Below, in pieces: positions 46,425 to 56,241 of a stretch of 64,000 nucleotides of DNA (positions are counted from its first letter, which is position 1; each line of letters starts with the position of its first letter). The notes beneath the pieces are model-generated. The model was not told the DNA's origin. It saw nothing but the letters and a program-made list of their open reading frames with translations, and searched no databases. The stretch comes from a virus (lineage: Duplodnaviria; Caudoviricetes). The position numbers were made by a program, and so were the translations under genes. The stretch is taken from IMG/VR virus record IMGVR_UViG_3300031992_000012, positions 32,001 to 96,000 of that record; one strand, given 5' to 3'.

Positions 46425-46811
46425 ATGACCCAGACAAGCTACTACTGCAAGTGCTGCTACAAGCCGTTCCCCACCATGACGGCCCGCGACGAGCACGAGA
46501 AGAAATGCCAGGAGATGTACTGCATCACCGTCAACCGCTATACCGACGGTGACTTCCGTGTCTCGAAGCGCCGTGTCTTCGAGAACGAGGACACCCTCAA
46601 GGACGACAACGGCAACAAAATCAAGCTGCTCGACTGCGCCCGCGATCTTGGCGGCGCCATATCCGAATACAGCATTTACTGCTGGAAGAGCGACATCGAG
46701 CACGCCTTCAACCTTCTCACCGAATACACGCTCCGCTTCCTCGACGACAAGGGGAAGCAGGACTTCCTGGCGGACGCGAAGAAATTCGTGGACAGGGGGT
46801 ACAGCATATGA
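46425..46811 (+). CDS. C2HC zinc-finger family protein
   Basis: YCKCCYKPFPTMTARDEHEKKC. Confidence 0.8.
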   Translation: MTQTSYYCKCCYKPFPTMTARDEHEKKCQEMYCITVNRYTDGDFRVSKRRVFENEDTLKDDNGNKIKLLDCARDLGGAISEYSIYCWKSDIEHAFNLLTEYTLRFLDDKGKQDFLADAKKFVDRGYSI

Positions 46812-47197
46812 AGACAAGGGGGGATGCCTGGCTCTGTTCGCATTGCGGGAAGATGTTCCGCAATGCAAGAACCTGCAAGGAGCACGAGGACTCCTGTGAA
46901 CGCCATTACCTGATAGAGGTCTTCGACTACGGGTATGGCGTGTACGAAGTCGGCGACCAGCTTCTCTCGTGCGACGAGATGATCAGGCTGCGGGAGCGCA
47001 TGCCGCCGCTGTTGAAGGACGCCCCGGAGAAGGAGCGCATGGAGGACGAGTCAATCGTCTACCGTGTTCTTACGACCGAGAGCGGAATGGAGGCCGCCTT
47101 CAACAAGCTTACCGCCTTCGTTCTCGAGCATATCGACAAGAAACTGCACAAGACATTTCTTGAGCAGGCGCAGGACTACGCGGAGGGACTGGAATGA
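46808..47197 (+). CDS. C2HC zinc-finger family protein
   Basis: LCSHCGKMFRNARTCKEHEDSC. Confidence 0.8.
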   Translation: MKTRGDAWLCSHCGKMFRNARTCKEHEDSCERHYLIEVFDYGYGVYEVGDQLLSCDEMIRLRERMPPLLKDAPEKERMEDESIVYRVLTTESGMEAAFNKLTAFVLEHIDKKLHKTFLEQAQDYAEGLE

Positions 47198-47586
47198 AGG
47201 AGGAAGGCGGCTATTTCTTCTGCGAGAAGTGCGACAAGCCCCATCATTCCAAGGCCGATTGCCAGGAGCACGAGGTTTCATGCGTGCCCCTGGTCAAAAT
47301 CAGCGTGGAGAGACGTTCGGGCGTCATTTTCCGCATCGACACGACTCGTTTCGACTGGGACTGCATATACGCCAACATGCACGCTGTCGCCCCGCGTTCC
47401 GTGGGCTCCCCTTTCAGGGAAGGCCGCGACGTGTATTCGATAATCACGCCGGTCGAGACCGCCGGCGAGTCCTTCGGCCAACTGGCCGCCTACGTTCATA
47501 TATGCATGGACGCCGAGAAGGAGGCCTTCGACAAGGCGGCCGGTGTGTTCATAGAGAAAATGTTCATAAATGGAGAAAGCGAATGA
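47194..47586 (+). CDS. C2HC zinc-finger family protein
   Basis: FCEKCDKPHHSKADCQEHEVSC. Confidence 0.8.
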   Translation: MKEEGGYFFCEKCDKPHHSKADCQEHEVSCVPLVKISVERRSGVIFRIDTTRFDWDCIYANMHAVAPRSVGSPFREGRDVYSIITPVETAGESFGQLAAYVHICMDAEKEAFDKAAGVFIEKMFINGESE

Positions 47587-47960
47587 AGGTTCTTTACAAA
47601 TGCGACAAGTGCGGACGGCTGTTCGAGAACAAGAAGGAATGCCAGGAGCACGAGGTGTCGGAGATTACCGTCGCCTGGCTGCTGGTGGTGCATGTCGACC
47701 CGGGGAGAGGGACGGCCAGCAAGCGTCCGATGATATGGGCCTACCACAGCCTATCGCCCGAATTGTCGCGGCACAAGGCGCTGGACCCGTGGGGCGACGG
47801 CATGTCGTTCCGCATCCTGGTCTACCGTAAGGACGACGTCCCCGAAGGGACAAGGCTTCTCCAGGCGTTCGCGGAGGAGAGGCTGGAGTCTGCGAAAGGC
47901 GAGGTAAGGGCCATCGACCCGTCCAGGAAACTGGACGAAAATGACGTCCATAATGAGTAA
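47583..47960 (+). CDS. Zinc-finger family protein
   Basis: YKCDKCGRLFENKKECQEHE; true start ATG 47583. Confidence 0.8.
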   Translation: MKVLYKCDKCGRLFENKKECQEHEVSEITVAWLLVVHVDPGRGTASKRPMIWAYHSLSPELSRHKALDPWGDGMSFRILVYRKDDVPEGTRLLQAFAEERLESAKGEVRAIDPSRKLDENDVHNE

Positions 47961-47964
47961 TAAT
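47935..47964 (+). promoter_or_regulatory. Repeated phage promoter copy 7
   Basis: ACGAAAA-N14-AGTAATAAT followed by GGGGAG/CTCCCC hairpin. Confidence 0.6.
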
Positions 47965-48047
47965 GGATCAAGGGGAGAGTTACTCCCCCGCCCGAACCCC
48001 GCCGGGCATTTCCAAAGAGCGGGAAAATCTCATGTAGGAGAAAAATC

Positions 48048-48662
48048 ATGTTTACAATCGCTGGCCTTTCCGACGCAATCTACAATGTCTCCAAGCTGGA
48101 TCTGACAGACTTCCTAAGGTTCCATCTGGACGACGCAATAAAATCAAACATGGACCCAATCGGGTATCTCGTCCACGAGTACCTGGCGCCGACCGCCGAT
48201 TACTCGGTCCGTCGCTACCTCTCGCCTGACCATGAGAAGCGGCTTCAGACGGTCCTGTTCAATGCCATGGCGCCTTTCCGTGGCGCCCTGTTGGCTGCCC
48301 GTGAATGGCTTCGCAACGAAGCCGCCAAGGCAAACGAAGCCGTCGAAGAAAAGCAGGCCGTCCGCTTCCAGCGCATCGCCAATGGCGAAATCCACACGCC
48401 CCTGCCGGTAGCGGGACCGTTCGACGCTTTCGAGGCCCTCTGGCCCGAAGAGCAAGAAGAAATAAACAAGAAGAAGGCTATCCGTCGAATCAAGCTGAAG
48501 CTTCGCCGGCGCGATGAACTCACAGTCGAGGAAGAGACGCTCCTGGAGAGCGTCCGCGAAAAACGCCGCGTCAGACTCCCCAAGGAACCGGGACGCTGGG
48601 TGGATATCGACGGCGTCACGTACCTCGAACTTCCCTCTGACTGGGAGGAGAGCGCAGAATGA
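48048..48662 (+). CDS. Hypothetical protein
   Basis: TAGGAG SD. Confidence 0.75.
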   Translation: MFTIAGLSDAIYNVSKLDLTDFLRFHLDDAIKSNMDPIGYLVHEYLAPTADYSVRRYLSPDHEKRLQTVLFNAMAPFRGALLAAREWLRNEAAKANEAVEEKQAVRFQRIANGEIHTPLPVAGPFDAFEALWPEEQEEINKKKAIRRIKLKLRRRDELTVEEETLLESVREKRRVRLPKEPGRWVDIDGVTYLELPSDWEESAE

Positions 48663-48792
48663 AAGGACATCCCGTAATCCGTTTCCCGAAGCCGGACCTT
48701 GCCCTGCCGAAGGGAGGCCCGGCGATGTGCCGTCCTGAATTCGTGTCCGAAAACAAACCACAATCTCATATGCCCAAGGAGGGGCATAAACA

Positions 48793-49008
48793 ATGTCAAT
48801 ACTGCTATTCACTGCATCAGTAATCCTATTATTCTTCATGTATTCAGCGTGGCTGGCAATCAACCCGGTGGCCGTTCTCAAAGCCGCTGGCGTTGTCTCG
48901 GCCATACCGGTGTTTCTCATGGCATTCACCATCGAGTTCCTCCTCACGCTGCCCTTCTGGGCATTCGTGAAGTTCTTGTCTACACTCCAGGAAGGAGGAG
49001 TACTATGA
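48793..49008 (+). CDS. Small two-TM membrane protein
   Basis: AAGGAGG SD; hydrophobic. Confidence 0.6.
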   Translation: MSILLFTASVILLFFMYSAWLAINPVAVLKAAGVVSAIPVFLMAFTIEFLLTLPFWAFVKFLSTLQEGGVL

Positions 49009-49214
49009 GCGATAAGAAAGAGCTTGCCATCATATTTGTGGTGATATTGGCGCTAATGTTCGTCGCCAATATCGTGTTGAACCTCGTGTAGCACGCATGG
49101 CGGCCCCCTGACCGGGGCCGCCATCATCGCCTTCCTTTAGCCGGTAAATTAAGAGCGTGTCCCCATACCTTATATATAAGGGTCAACATTCCATTAGCTA
49201 AAGGAAAAAAGAAA

Positions 49215-49673
49215 ATGACGAACAAAGAGATTATGGCGGCCTACCGCTGTGCATACAAGATGGCCGGCGACGGCTATGAAAACCAAGCCCCAGCCCCGCC
49301 GGTCGAACAGCCTGTCCAAGCGCCTGCGCCTGTACCGGCAAAGCGCCCTAGCCTTGTCAACGGCATCGGCCGTGCAATCCGCTGGGGCCAGGCGGCCCGT
49401 GGCGTCTACGACAACGCCCTTACGCCCGAACAGCGCGCGGCCCTTGTCCAGGCGGGGCAGTCCGCCGCCGCAGCCGCCCAGAACGGTGTCAACAGAGTCG
49501 CCAACCCCGACCGTCACGCGGCGGGCCAGGCCGGTGTCAACGCCGCCAACGGTATACTGAACAAGCTTGACCGGCATAACCAGGGACTCCGTAACGGTAC
49601 TGTCGCGCCCGCCCCTGCCGTCCCCGCGCCCAACAAGGCGCAGGTGACAGTGCAGAAGCCGCGCGGTAACTGA
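49215..49673 (+). CDS. Ala/Gln/Asn-rich protein with MTN-EIM-AYR-AYK-A leader
   Basis: MTNKEIMAAYRCAYKMA. Confidence 0.75.
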   Translation: MTNKEIMAAYRCAYKMAGDGYENQAPAPPVEQPVQAPAPVPAKRPSLVNGIGRAIRWGQAARGVYDNALTPEQRAALVQAGQSAAAAAQNGVNRVANPDRHAAGQAGVNAANGILNKLDRHNQGLRNGTVAPAPAVPAPNKAQVTVQKPRGN

Positions 49674-49692
49674 GCAACGACGGACTGACGAC

Positions 49693-50967
49693 ATGCCGAA
49701 ACGCAAAGGACAGGTGATGCACGGGGGAAGCCCGTTCCTCGCGTATCTGGGCTCCTTCTTCAAGCACGACACATGGGACCACTACTGGGATATGCGAAAG
49801 GCGATTCCCAAGGGTCTAGCGTCGGGCGCCAACATATACGGGCAGTCCGCCCTGGGCTTCTGGAAGGGGCAGAACGACGCCATTCTCAGAAACAAATACG
49901 CCCGGAAGGCGGAGGAGAGGCTGGGGCGAATCCTGACATCGAACCCCGGCTACAAGCCCCACGTTCTTGATGAGCTAGCCGACGACAACAGCAGGCGGTA
50001 CGACAGTTGGTCGGACTGGCTCTCCAGGGCGCACACCGACGCCCAGAAGTACTGGGGCGAGTACAAGTACAGGCGGGAGCCCGGCGAGAGCTGGTTCAAG
50101 GCGCTGACGTCGGCCCCTGGACAGGCGCTGCACCAGGCGATAGGATACGGCAGCCCGCTTCTTGTGCACTCAGCAGCGACCGGAGGCGCACCCACGGCGG
50201 CAGGCGCGTTGAGCGCGCTGCGGCCCGGGCTGGGCGGCGCATGGAAGACACTAAGCGGAATGGCCAAGATAGGAAAGACATTCCCCGCCATAGACAGGCT
50301 TACGGGACTGACGCATGTGCAGCCAGGCGACGGCCCGGTAAAGGCAGGTTTTAAGAGATGGGCCGGAAGACTCGTCCCGCCGCTTGTGTCCGCCGACCCG
50401 CTAGTGTCCGCCCGCGACATTGTCAGCCGCCACCCCGACCTGTACAACGGGAAGGTGGAGGGCCTTGCAAGAGGCGCCGTCGAGATGATGCCATATACAA
50501 GCAGCCCGGCCGGCCCTGTGGCCGACACCGCCGTGGAGCTCGCCGACAACGTGGAGGGAGCGGCCCAATCCTACGGCCCCAGGCTGTGGCGGTCGGCGAA
50601 GGGCTTCTGGGAGGCTTTCAAGAACGACAACGCCGACCAGGGCGCCCAGATACTCCGCAATGTCGCGGAAGGCCAGGAGCTCCGCGATGCCATGGACAAC
50701 ACGAGGACTAACAACATCCTCACCCTTACCGGCGGCCAGACCGTGAACAGCTATCCTTTCAACACAAGGGTGGCCCGTCACATTTTCGGCCCGGTCAACC
50801 CGAACAAGGCGGCAGCCCGTGGCGCGTGGAAGGCCACCCGGGGAAACCCCGACGTATTCCCGAGCTGGCTGGGCATAGGCGACCGTAATAGAAGCACGGC
50901 GTCGAAGCTTCCGCCACGCCCGGTCAATACGATAGCAGACAACCAACCAAACACCGCACAACCATGA
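49693..50967 (+). CDS. Hypothetical Gly/Ala-rich protein (possible virion/ejection protein)
   Basis: 424-aa ORF between two leader-bearing genes. Confidence 0.75.
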   Translation: MPKRKGQVMHGGSPFLAYLGSFFKHDTWDHYWDMRKAIPKGLASGANIYGQSALGFWKGQNDAILRNKYARKAEERLGRILTSNPGYKPHVLDELADDNSRRYDSWSDWLSRAHTDAQKYWGEYKYRREPGESWFKALTSAPGQALHQAIGYGSPLLVHSAATGGAPTAAGALSALRPGLGGAWKTLSGMAKIGKTFPAIDRLTGLTHVQPGDGPVKAGFKRWAGRLVPPLVSADPLVSARDIVSRHPDLYNGKVEGLARGAVEMMPYTSSPAGPVADTAVELADNVEGAAQSYGPRLWRSAKGFWEAFKNDNADQGAQILRNVAEGQELRDAMDNTRTNNILTLTGGQTVNSYPFNTRVARHIFGPVNPNKAAARGAWKATRGNPDVFPSWLGIGDRNRSTASKLPPRPVNTIADNQPNTAQP

Positions 50968-51539
50968 CAAACCAGGAAATAATGGAAGCCTACCGTCTTG
51001 CCTACAAGCAGGCGGCGGCCCCTACGATAGACCAGATGAGAAGCGCCGTCCATCAGGTGTACGGCGACAACAACCTTAAAGGCCTTGGCGACGACGCGTA
51101 TGTGAGACGCAAGTTCGCGGCGGGCATGAAAGGCGCCAGGGCGAGGGCCCTTCAGGCGGCGCTGCAGTCCGGCGGCTCGATGACCGCAGGCGTCGGAGCA
51201 CAGTACCAGCCGGCCAGGAACTACGGCGTCTCCGACATCCAGGTCCGGCAGCCAGTCCGGAGACCGCTCAACCAGGCGCAGCAGGCCATGATGGCCCAGC
51301 GTGCGCAGATAGAGGCGATACGCCAGAGGCAGCAGCGGATGTCGGCGGCCTACAGGCAGCAGGCAAACAGCCAGGCGTTCTGGCGTCAGCCCGAAGCGCC
51401 GGCCTACGCCAACGCCGCCCTCAACAGGATAAACGCCAACACGGCGGCTCTTCGCGACAACGCACGTACACAGGCCTCCCGTTACCAGAACAACCGGCAG
51501 GCCACCCTCGCACGGCCCAATAACGTCGCCGTGCGCTAA
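50964..51539 (+). CDS. Ala/Gln/Arg-rich protein with MTN-EIM-AYR-AYK-A leader
   Basis: MTNQEIMEAYRLAYKQAAA. Confidence 0.75.
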   Translation: MTNQEIMEAYRLAYKQAAAPTIDQMRSAVHQVYGDNNLKGLGDDAYVRRKFAAGMKGARARALQAALQSGGSMTAGVGAQYQPARNYGVSDIQVRQPVRRPLNQAQQAMMAQRAQIEAIRQRQQRMSAAYRQQANSQAFWRQPEAPAYANAALNRINANTAALRDNARTQASRYQNNRQATLARPNNVAVR

Positions 51540-51563
51540 AAAACCCTTTTTTAGCGTAATAAT
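51535..51563 (+). promoter_or_regulatory. Repeated phage promoter copy 8
   Basis: GCTAAAA-N13-CGTAATAAT followed by AGGGGA/TCCCCT hairpin. Confidence 0.75.
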
Positions 51564-51591
51564 CAATTAAGGGGACTTTATCCCCTAGCCC

Positions 51592-51638
51592 AAGACCCCG
51601 TATCAGAATGCCAGCCCTGATACGGGGTCTTTATTTTT
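51592..51638 (+). terminator. Rho-independent terminator in leader
   Basis: 15-bp stem AAGACCCCGTATCAG/CTGATACGGGGTCTT plus T-rich tail. Confidence 0.75.
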
Positions 51639-51661
51639 AACACTTAAAAAAGGAGGCACCA

Positions 51662-52153
51662 GTGAAAGTCCATTCTACATTCGAAGTCAACCCTGATCCA
51701 CCCTTCGACATCATAAAGCAGGTAGGCGGCAGTGAATACATCTGTGAGCACTGCGGGAAGGCGTTCAAGGACAAGGAAGAGTGCGGGAAGCACGAGAAGT
51801 CCTGCAAGAAGGGCAAGACGGGAAAAGGCTTTTTCTTCAACATCAACGCCCGTCCGACATTCGGCGGCAATTTCGAGGTGTCCGTCTTCGGCAGCCAGAA
51901 GGAACGCCCGAAGAAGACATACCTAATCAGCCAGACCGGCGAGCATCTGCTCACCGACACCGAGTTCGGCGACCAGCCCGTCCAGGTGTCGATCTGCCAG
52001 GTGCCGCTCGACCGTCTCGAGGGCGCCATAATCGACATCACGGCCCGTCTCAGCATCATGCTGAAGGATCAGCTTGCCGCCCTTCCGGCAATAGCCAAGG
52101 AGATTCGCGAGCAGGCCAGGAAAATCATGGAGGGCAAGGATGGGTCTGATTGA
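51662..52153 (+). CDS. C2HC zinc-finger family protein
   Basis: YICEHCGKAFKDKEECGKHEKSC. Confidence 0.8.
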   Translation: MKVHSTFEVNPDPPFDIIKQVGGSEYICEHCGKAFKDKEECGKHEKSCKKGKTGKGFFFNINARPTFGGNFEVSVFGSQKERPKKTYLISQTGEHLLTDTEFGDQPVQVSICQVPLDRLEGAIIDITARLSIMLKDQLAALPAIAKEIREQARKIMEGKDGSD

Positions 52154-52556
52154 GCACACGTACACGACATGGGAATGCCCCGTATGCGGGCAGGTCTTCC
52201 ACGACAAGGACAAGGCGTTCAAGCATGAGAAGCTGTGCAAAAACGTGAAGGTCGACTCGATTGAGCTGACCTTCACCGAGAGCTACGGCTGCTTCACGAT
52301 GTACGAGTCGAGACGGTCCTCATGGAAGGAGGCGCTGTACAAGGTGAGGGTCTACGACGAGGACGTCCAGGAGGACAGCTCCTACGCCCGGAGATGGGTG
52401 GTCGAGGTCTTGCCCGGCGAGTACGACAAGGCGGTCCAGCTTCTTCTGGAGGCCGTCAACAAGGATTTCAGCGAACGCCTGAACAAGGCGTGCGAGACAT
52501 TGGTCAAGTACAAGGAAGAGAGAAATGCGAAAAGGAAACAGCATAAAGATGTCTGA
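52140..52556 (+). CDS. C2HC zinc-finger family protein
   Basis: WECPVCGQVFHDKDKAFKHEKLC. Confidence 0.8.
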   Translation: MGLIEHTYTTWECPVCGQVFHDKDKAFKHEKLCKNVKVDSIELTFTESYGCFTMYESRRSSWKEALYKVRVYDEDVQEDSSYARRWVVEVLPGEYDKAVQLLLEAVNKDFSERLNKACETLVKYKEERNAKRKQHKDV

Positions 52557-52627
52557 GCTGACTGGGTACAGGCCTCCTTATTTCTGGATGGAAGAGGCGC
52601 TTCAGCGTCTTCAGCAGCAGACCAGCG

Positions 52628-52945
52628 ATGTACGGCAACAACACAAGGAAGAGCAAGATGAGAAAAGGAAACGTCAGGAAAACACTTGAGGAGCTCGGCT
52701 ACGAGCCCTATTATGCCAACGGATGGAAGAAGCATTTCGGCGGCTACACCTTCGACGTGAGCAAGGAGAAGACGGGCTGGGAGCTGAAGCTTCTTGACGA
52801 TAGCAGCTTCATTCTCGCATGCGTTCCTTGCCACGACGTGAATGAAGGCGAGACCGAGGCCCTGAAGATTGCGCACACGTACTACCTGAAGGCGTTGCAG
52901 GCGGTCAAGGCGGAGCTCGACGCCAGGGGCGTGCCATGTGAGTAG
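52628..52945 (+). CDS. Hypothetical protein
   Basis: Coupled ORF; start may be ATG 52658. Confidence 0.65.
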   Translation: MYGNNTRKSKMRKGNVRKTLEELGYEPYYANGWKKHFGGYTFDVSKEKTGWELKLLDDSSFILACVPCHDVNEGETEALKIAHTYYLKALQAVKAELDARGVPCE

Positions 52946-53192
52946 GGAGGAACTCGACGCCGTCACATTCCGGCTGGCGGAGCGCGACGACCGGGATGTG
53001 GGCGCCATGTTCGAGGAGTTTACCAGAATGCAGTTGTCGGGCGAGATTGCCGACGACGCCGGCCTCCTCGATTTCCTTATGTCGCTCCGCCGAAACGGTG
53101 TGCTTAAGAGCGCATATGAGGCCTACCGCATATGGCAGGTGCTCCAGGACAGGCCGCAGCGCTGGTACAACGTGACTCTGGAGGCGACATGA
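52938..53192 (+). CDS. Hypothetical protein, tandem family D
   Basis: SREELDAVTFRLAERDD. Confidence 0.7.
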   Translation: MSREELDAVTFRLAERDDRDVGAMFEEFTRMQLSGEIADDAGLLDFLMSLRRNGVLKSAYEAYRIWQVLQDRPQRWYNVTLEAT

Positions 53193-53479
53193 CGGAACAA
53201 CGCACCGCATTAATCACGGACGAGGAATACGACAATCTTGTCCGTTCACTTGCCGAGAGCGACAACGGCTCTCTTTATGAAATCAGGCTCTCGCTTGTGA
53301 GGAAAAACATCGAGGGGGCTTTGCCCTTCAGCAGGACCCGTCCCGGGCGGATGATCGACGCGCTCGTCCGTCTGGGGATGGTGTCCGACAAAGACGAGGC
53401 CTTGAGACGATTCGAGGACGAGCGCATGGAGCACGCCATGCGCGGCGTTGAACGGATATTCATGCTGAGGCAGACATGA
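53189..53479 (+). CDS. Hypothetical protein, tandem family D
   Basis: TDEEYDNLVRSLAESDNGSL. Confidence 0.7.
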   Translation: MTEQRTALITDEEYDNLVRSLAESDNGSLYEIRLSLVRKNIEGALPFSRTRPGRMIDALVRLGMVSDKDEALRRFEDERMEHAMRGVERIFMLRQT

Positions 53480-53784
53480 CCTGCAGGGAATACGACGAAC
53501 TCGTACGCTCCCTCATGGAGAGCGACGACAACTCGCTTTACGCGGTGAAGCTGAAGCTCACCGGCATGTTCCGCCACGGTCTTCTCGAGCAGGACCTCGT
53601 AACTGACGAGGCGTTCATAGGGTCGCTTCTGCGCCTCGGCCTGGTCGATGATCCGGATGCCGTGCAGAAGACTATAAACGACCAGCGCGAGGCCTACATA
53701 ATGGGAAGGCGGTTCGGGACGAGGGGCTCGCTCCCCCTGTGGAGGAACCTCAGGCGCCTCCTAGATATTACGGACAACAGATGA
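53476..53784 (+). CDS. Hypothetical protein, tandem family D
   Basis: TCREYDELVRSLMESDDNSL. Confidence 0.7.
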   Translation: MTCREYDELVRSLMESDDNSLYAVKLKLTGMFRHGLLEQDLVTDEAFIGSLLRLGLVDDPDAVQKTINDQREAYIMGRRFGTRGSLPLWRNLRRLLDITDNR

Positions 53785-54017
53785 CACATGAACAACTGGA
53801 CGAGGAGGTGGGAAGGCTTATGGAGACAGACCGCGAGAGGGTGCAGGAAGTCTTCTGCGCCCTGGTGGACATGGTGAACGCCGGAATGCTGGAAGGTCCG
53901 GTAAGGGCCTTCGCCGTCATACGCAGCGTAATGCGGAGCCCCCGCTACAACAAGCGGCTCAAGGACGACGCGTTCTATTTGGCCGAGAAATTGGAAATCA
54001 ACCCTTTTGAGGACTAG
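53781..54017 (+). CDS. Hypothetical protein, tandem family D
   Basis: THEQLDEEVGRLMETD. Confidence 0.7.
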   Translation: MTHEQLDEEVGRLMETDRERVQEVFCALVDMVNAGMLEGPVRAFAVIRSVMRSPRYNKRLKDDAFYLAEKLEINPFED

Positions 54018-54019
54018 AA

Positions 54020-54415
54020 ATGGCGACAAGATACAACACTACATACACATGCAGGAGATGCGGCAAGGCATTCAACTCCGTCAAGGAGTGCAAGGCCCAC
54101 GAGCCTAAGTGCAGGAAAATGGTCGAGGGATGCAAGCGCGTCCGCATAAGCCTCGAGGAGGGCGACGACATAAACATCTATGTCGGCCAGTGCCTGGAGG
54201 CCAAGGAGCCAGGCCTGCTTGACAAGCCCCTGGTGGATCACGGCTCCGAGGACGAAGGGTACGTGACATGCCGCGAGTGGTCCATGTACCTGCCCGGAGA
54301 CGCCGATGTCGACGAGGCCCTTGACAGGCTGGCGGACTTCATGAAGAAAGACCTCGCAGACCTGGCCTCGCGTCTTGCGACCAACGTCGACGAGTGGAAA
54401 GCCAGGCATAAATGA
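54020..54415 (+). CDS. C2HC zinc-finger family protein
   Basis: YTCRRCGKAFNSVKECKAHEPKC. Confidence 0.8.
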   Translation: MATRYNTTYTCRRCGKAFNSVKECKAHEPKCRKMVEGCKRVRISLEEGDDINIYVGQCLEAKEPGLLDKPLVDHGSEDEGYVTCREWSMYLPGDADVDEALDRLADFMKKDLADLASRLATNVDEWKARHK

Positions 54416-54591
54416 CCGACGAATGGCTTGAGGATTTTCTGCGTCGCTCCATGGAGTGCGACGAGACCAATCACCTTGTAAGGACCTGGAACATGTTGAG
54501 GCAGATGCACGACGCCGGCGAAATCGACGAGTACATCCTGCTCCAGCGTCTGGTAAGAGTACTGAACAAGATAAGAAAGGAGGACGAATGA
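54412..54591 (+). CDS. 59-aa protein, family D
   Basis: MTDEWLEDFLRRSMECDE; coupled on both sides; below track cutoff. Confidence 0.6.
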   Translation: MTDEWLEDFLRRSMECDETNHLVRTWNMLRQMHDAGEIDEYILLQRLVRVLNKIRKEDE

Positions 54592-54644
54592 GAAAGGACT
54601 ACCATTGCTTTTTCAAGTGCGACATATGCGGACGGGAGGAGTAA
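54588..54644 (+). pseudogene. Truncated zinc-finger family remnant
   Basis: AAGGAGG SD; MRKDYHCFFKCDICGREE then stop. Confidence 0.45.
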
Positions 54645-54648
54645 GGCG

Positions 54649-55023
54649 ATGAAAACAGAGATCAAGTACTACTGCGACACCTGCAACAGGATGTTCACCG
54701 ACGAGAAGGAGTGCAAGATGCACGAGCGCGAGTGCGGCAAGACAAAGGCCAAGATTGTGCGCATCGTGCTCTCGGCCACAGGGTATATCCAGCTACAGGC
54801 AGTCGACGTCCGTCTAAGCGACAAGAACCTAATCGGCAAGGAGGAGACCGAGAACATCGGCATGGGCAACGTGACAATCAAGTTCTACTGCCGTCCTGAG
54901 AATGAGCGTGAATACGTCATCAAGGCGCTCAGGAAGGCCAGGGAGGCGTCCGACAGAATCCTTGAGCGCATAGAGAAGGAAAAGAAGAAGTACGGCATAA
55001 CCTGGACGGAGGCCGGTCTATGA
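54649..55023 (+). CDS. C2HC zinc-finger family protein
   Basis: YYCDTCNRMFTDEKECKMHEREC. Confidence 0.8.
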   Translation: MKTEIKYYCDTCNRMFTDEKECKMHERECGKTKAKIVRIVLSATGYIQLQAVDVRLSDKNLIGKEETENIGMGNVTIKFYCRPENEREYVIKALRKAREASDRILERIEKEKKKYGITWTEAGL

Positions 55024-55433
55024 AAACGATCCTTAAGCAGACTACAGTGACCCGCTATGAATGCGAGTTCTGCCACCATACGTTCGACGACGCCGACGAA
55101 TGCAAGGAGCACGAGAAGTACTGCGGAAGCAAGGACGACGTGATAAGCGTCATTGCACGGCTGTGGATCAACGGCACGTTCTCAGTGTCGGTGCAGAAGG
55201 CCCGTGGCTACATCTACGACCCCTGTCTGCAGGTTCATGGCTGCACCGGCATCAGCAATGTACTGGCGGAGTTCTGCGTCAACTCCGTCTCGCCGGACAA
55301 GTTCGACCAGGCGTGCGCCCTCATACAGGACGGCGTAAGGGATTTGAAGCTGAACATCGACCGCCATCGCGGGCCTGTGCTTAACGCCAGGCTCAAGGCT
55401 GAATTCGACAAAATAAACGACAGAAGCATCTGA
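55020..55433 (+). CDS. C2HC zinc-finger family protein
   Basis: YECEFCHHTFDDADECKEHEKYC. Confidence 0.8.
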   Translation: MKTILKQTTVTRYECEFCHHTFDDADECKEHEKYCGSKDDVISVIARLWINGTFSVSVQKARGYIYDPCLQVHGCTGISNVLAEFCVNSVSPDKFDQACALIQDGVRDLKLNIDRHRGPVLNARLKAEFDKINDRSI

Positions 55434-55488
55434 TTAAAGGGCCGCCGGGTGACGGCCCGTGTACAACAAAAAACAAAAGGAGCAAGCA

Positions 55489-56241
55489 ATGAAGAAACTG
55501 TTATTCGCAATCGCAATCGCACTCGTGACGTTGACGGCAACGGCGGTGACCGTGATGGACCGCGCCACGTACAACAAGACATGGGTTCCGCCGTCGGAGT
55601 ACGAGCAGAACACGGAGTACTACGAGTTCCGATTCCTGCTTTACACGCCATACGGCGTTGTCATGAAGGACGCGGAAGGCAACGTCGTGCTGGATGAGAA
55701 GAACAGCCCGGTGATTGTCTTCAACGACGTGGTCATCCAGTGGCGGGCGGTCCTGCGTGTCCAGAACTACAAAGGGAACAGGAAGATGGAGTGGGCCAGC
55801 CTGAAGATTGCCGAGAACGAGGACGTCCCGGCAGACGGCACCGGCGGTCTCGCATGGGAGGAGGCCAGAGGCGTGACCATGGTCAATGTCCTTATGGAGA
55901 GCGGAGACTGCAGGACCTATTTCAGGGTTCCGTTCCTTTCCCCGGAAAGGGGCGAATGCCTTGGCAGGGCGTCCTGCCTGGCGGCCGGAAGCTGCTTCAT
56001 GGAGGTCCAGCACGGCAAGATGGTTGTCACGAGCGGAAGCGGCGGCATCACCGGATACGGTCTAGACGAGAGCAGGGCGCTCGGATTGGCCGAACCCGCT
56101 ACCCCGCTGGTCCCCACGCCGATTGACAGCCTCGCGGTACATGGCAGCCTGTCCGTGTTCAGGCGCGGCGGCGAAATGAACTACAAAGCCATCAGGAACG
56201 TCCTGAATACAAAGACAAGCGTGAAGACAATCAGGAAATGA
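55489..56241 (+). CDS. Exported protein with Sec signal peptide
   Basis: AAGGAG SD; MKKLLFAIAIALVTLTATA. Confidence 0.8.
   Translation: MKKLLFAIAIALVTLTATAVTVMDRATYNKTWVPPSEYEQNTEYYEFRFLLYTPYGVVMKDAEGNVVLDEKNSPVIVFNDVVIQWRAVLRVQNYKGNRKMEWASLKIAENEDVPADGTGGLAWEEARGVTMVNVLMESGDCRTYFRVPFLSPERGECLGRASCLAAGSCFMEVQHGKMVVTSGSGGITGYGLDESRALGLAEPATPLVPTPIDSLAVHGSLSVFRRGGEMNYKAIRNVLNTKTSVKTIRK

Noticed and set aside
44562-55433. Diversity-generating retroelement behind the paralog families
   Set aside because: No reverse transcriptase and no TR/VR pair with adenine-specific differences seen
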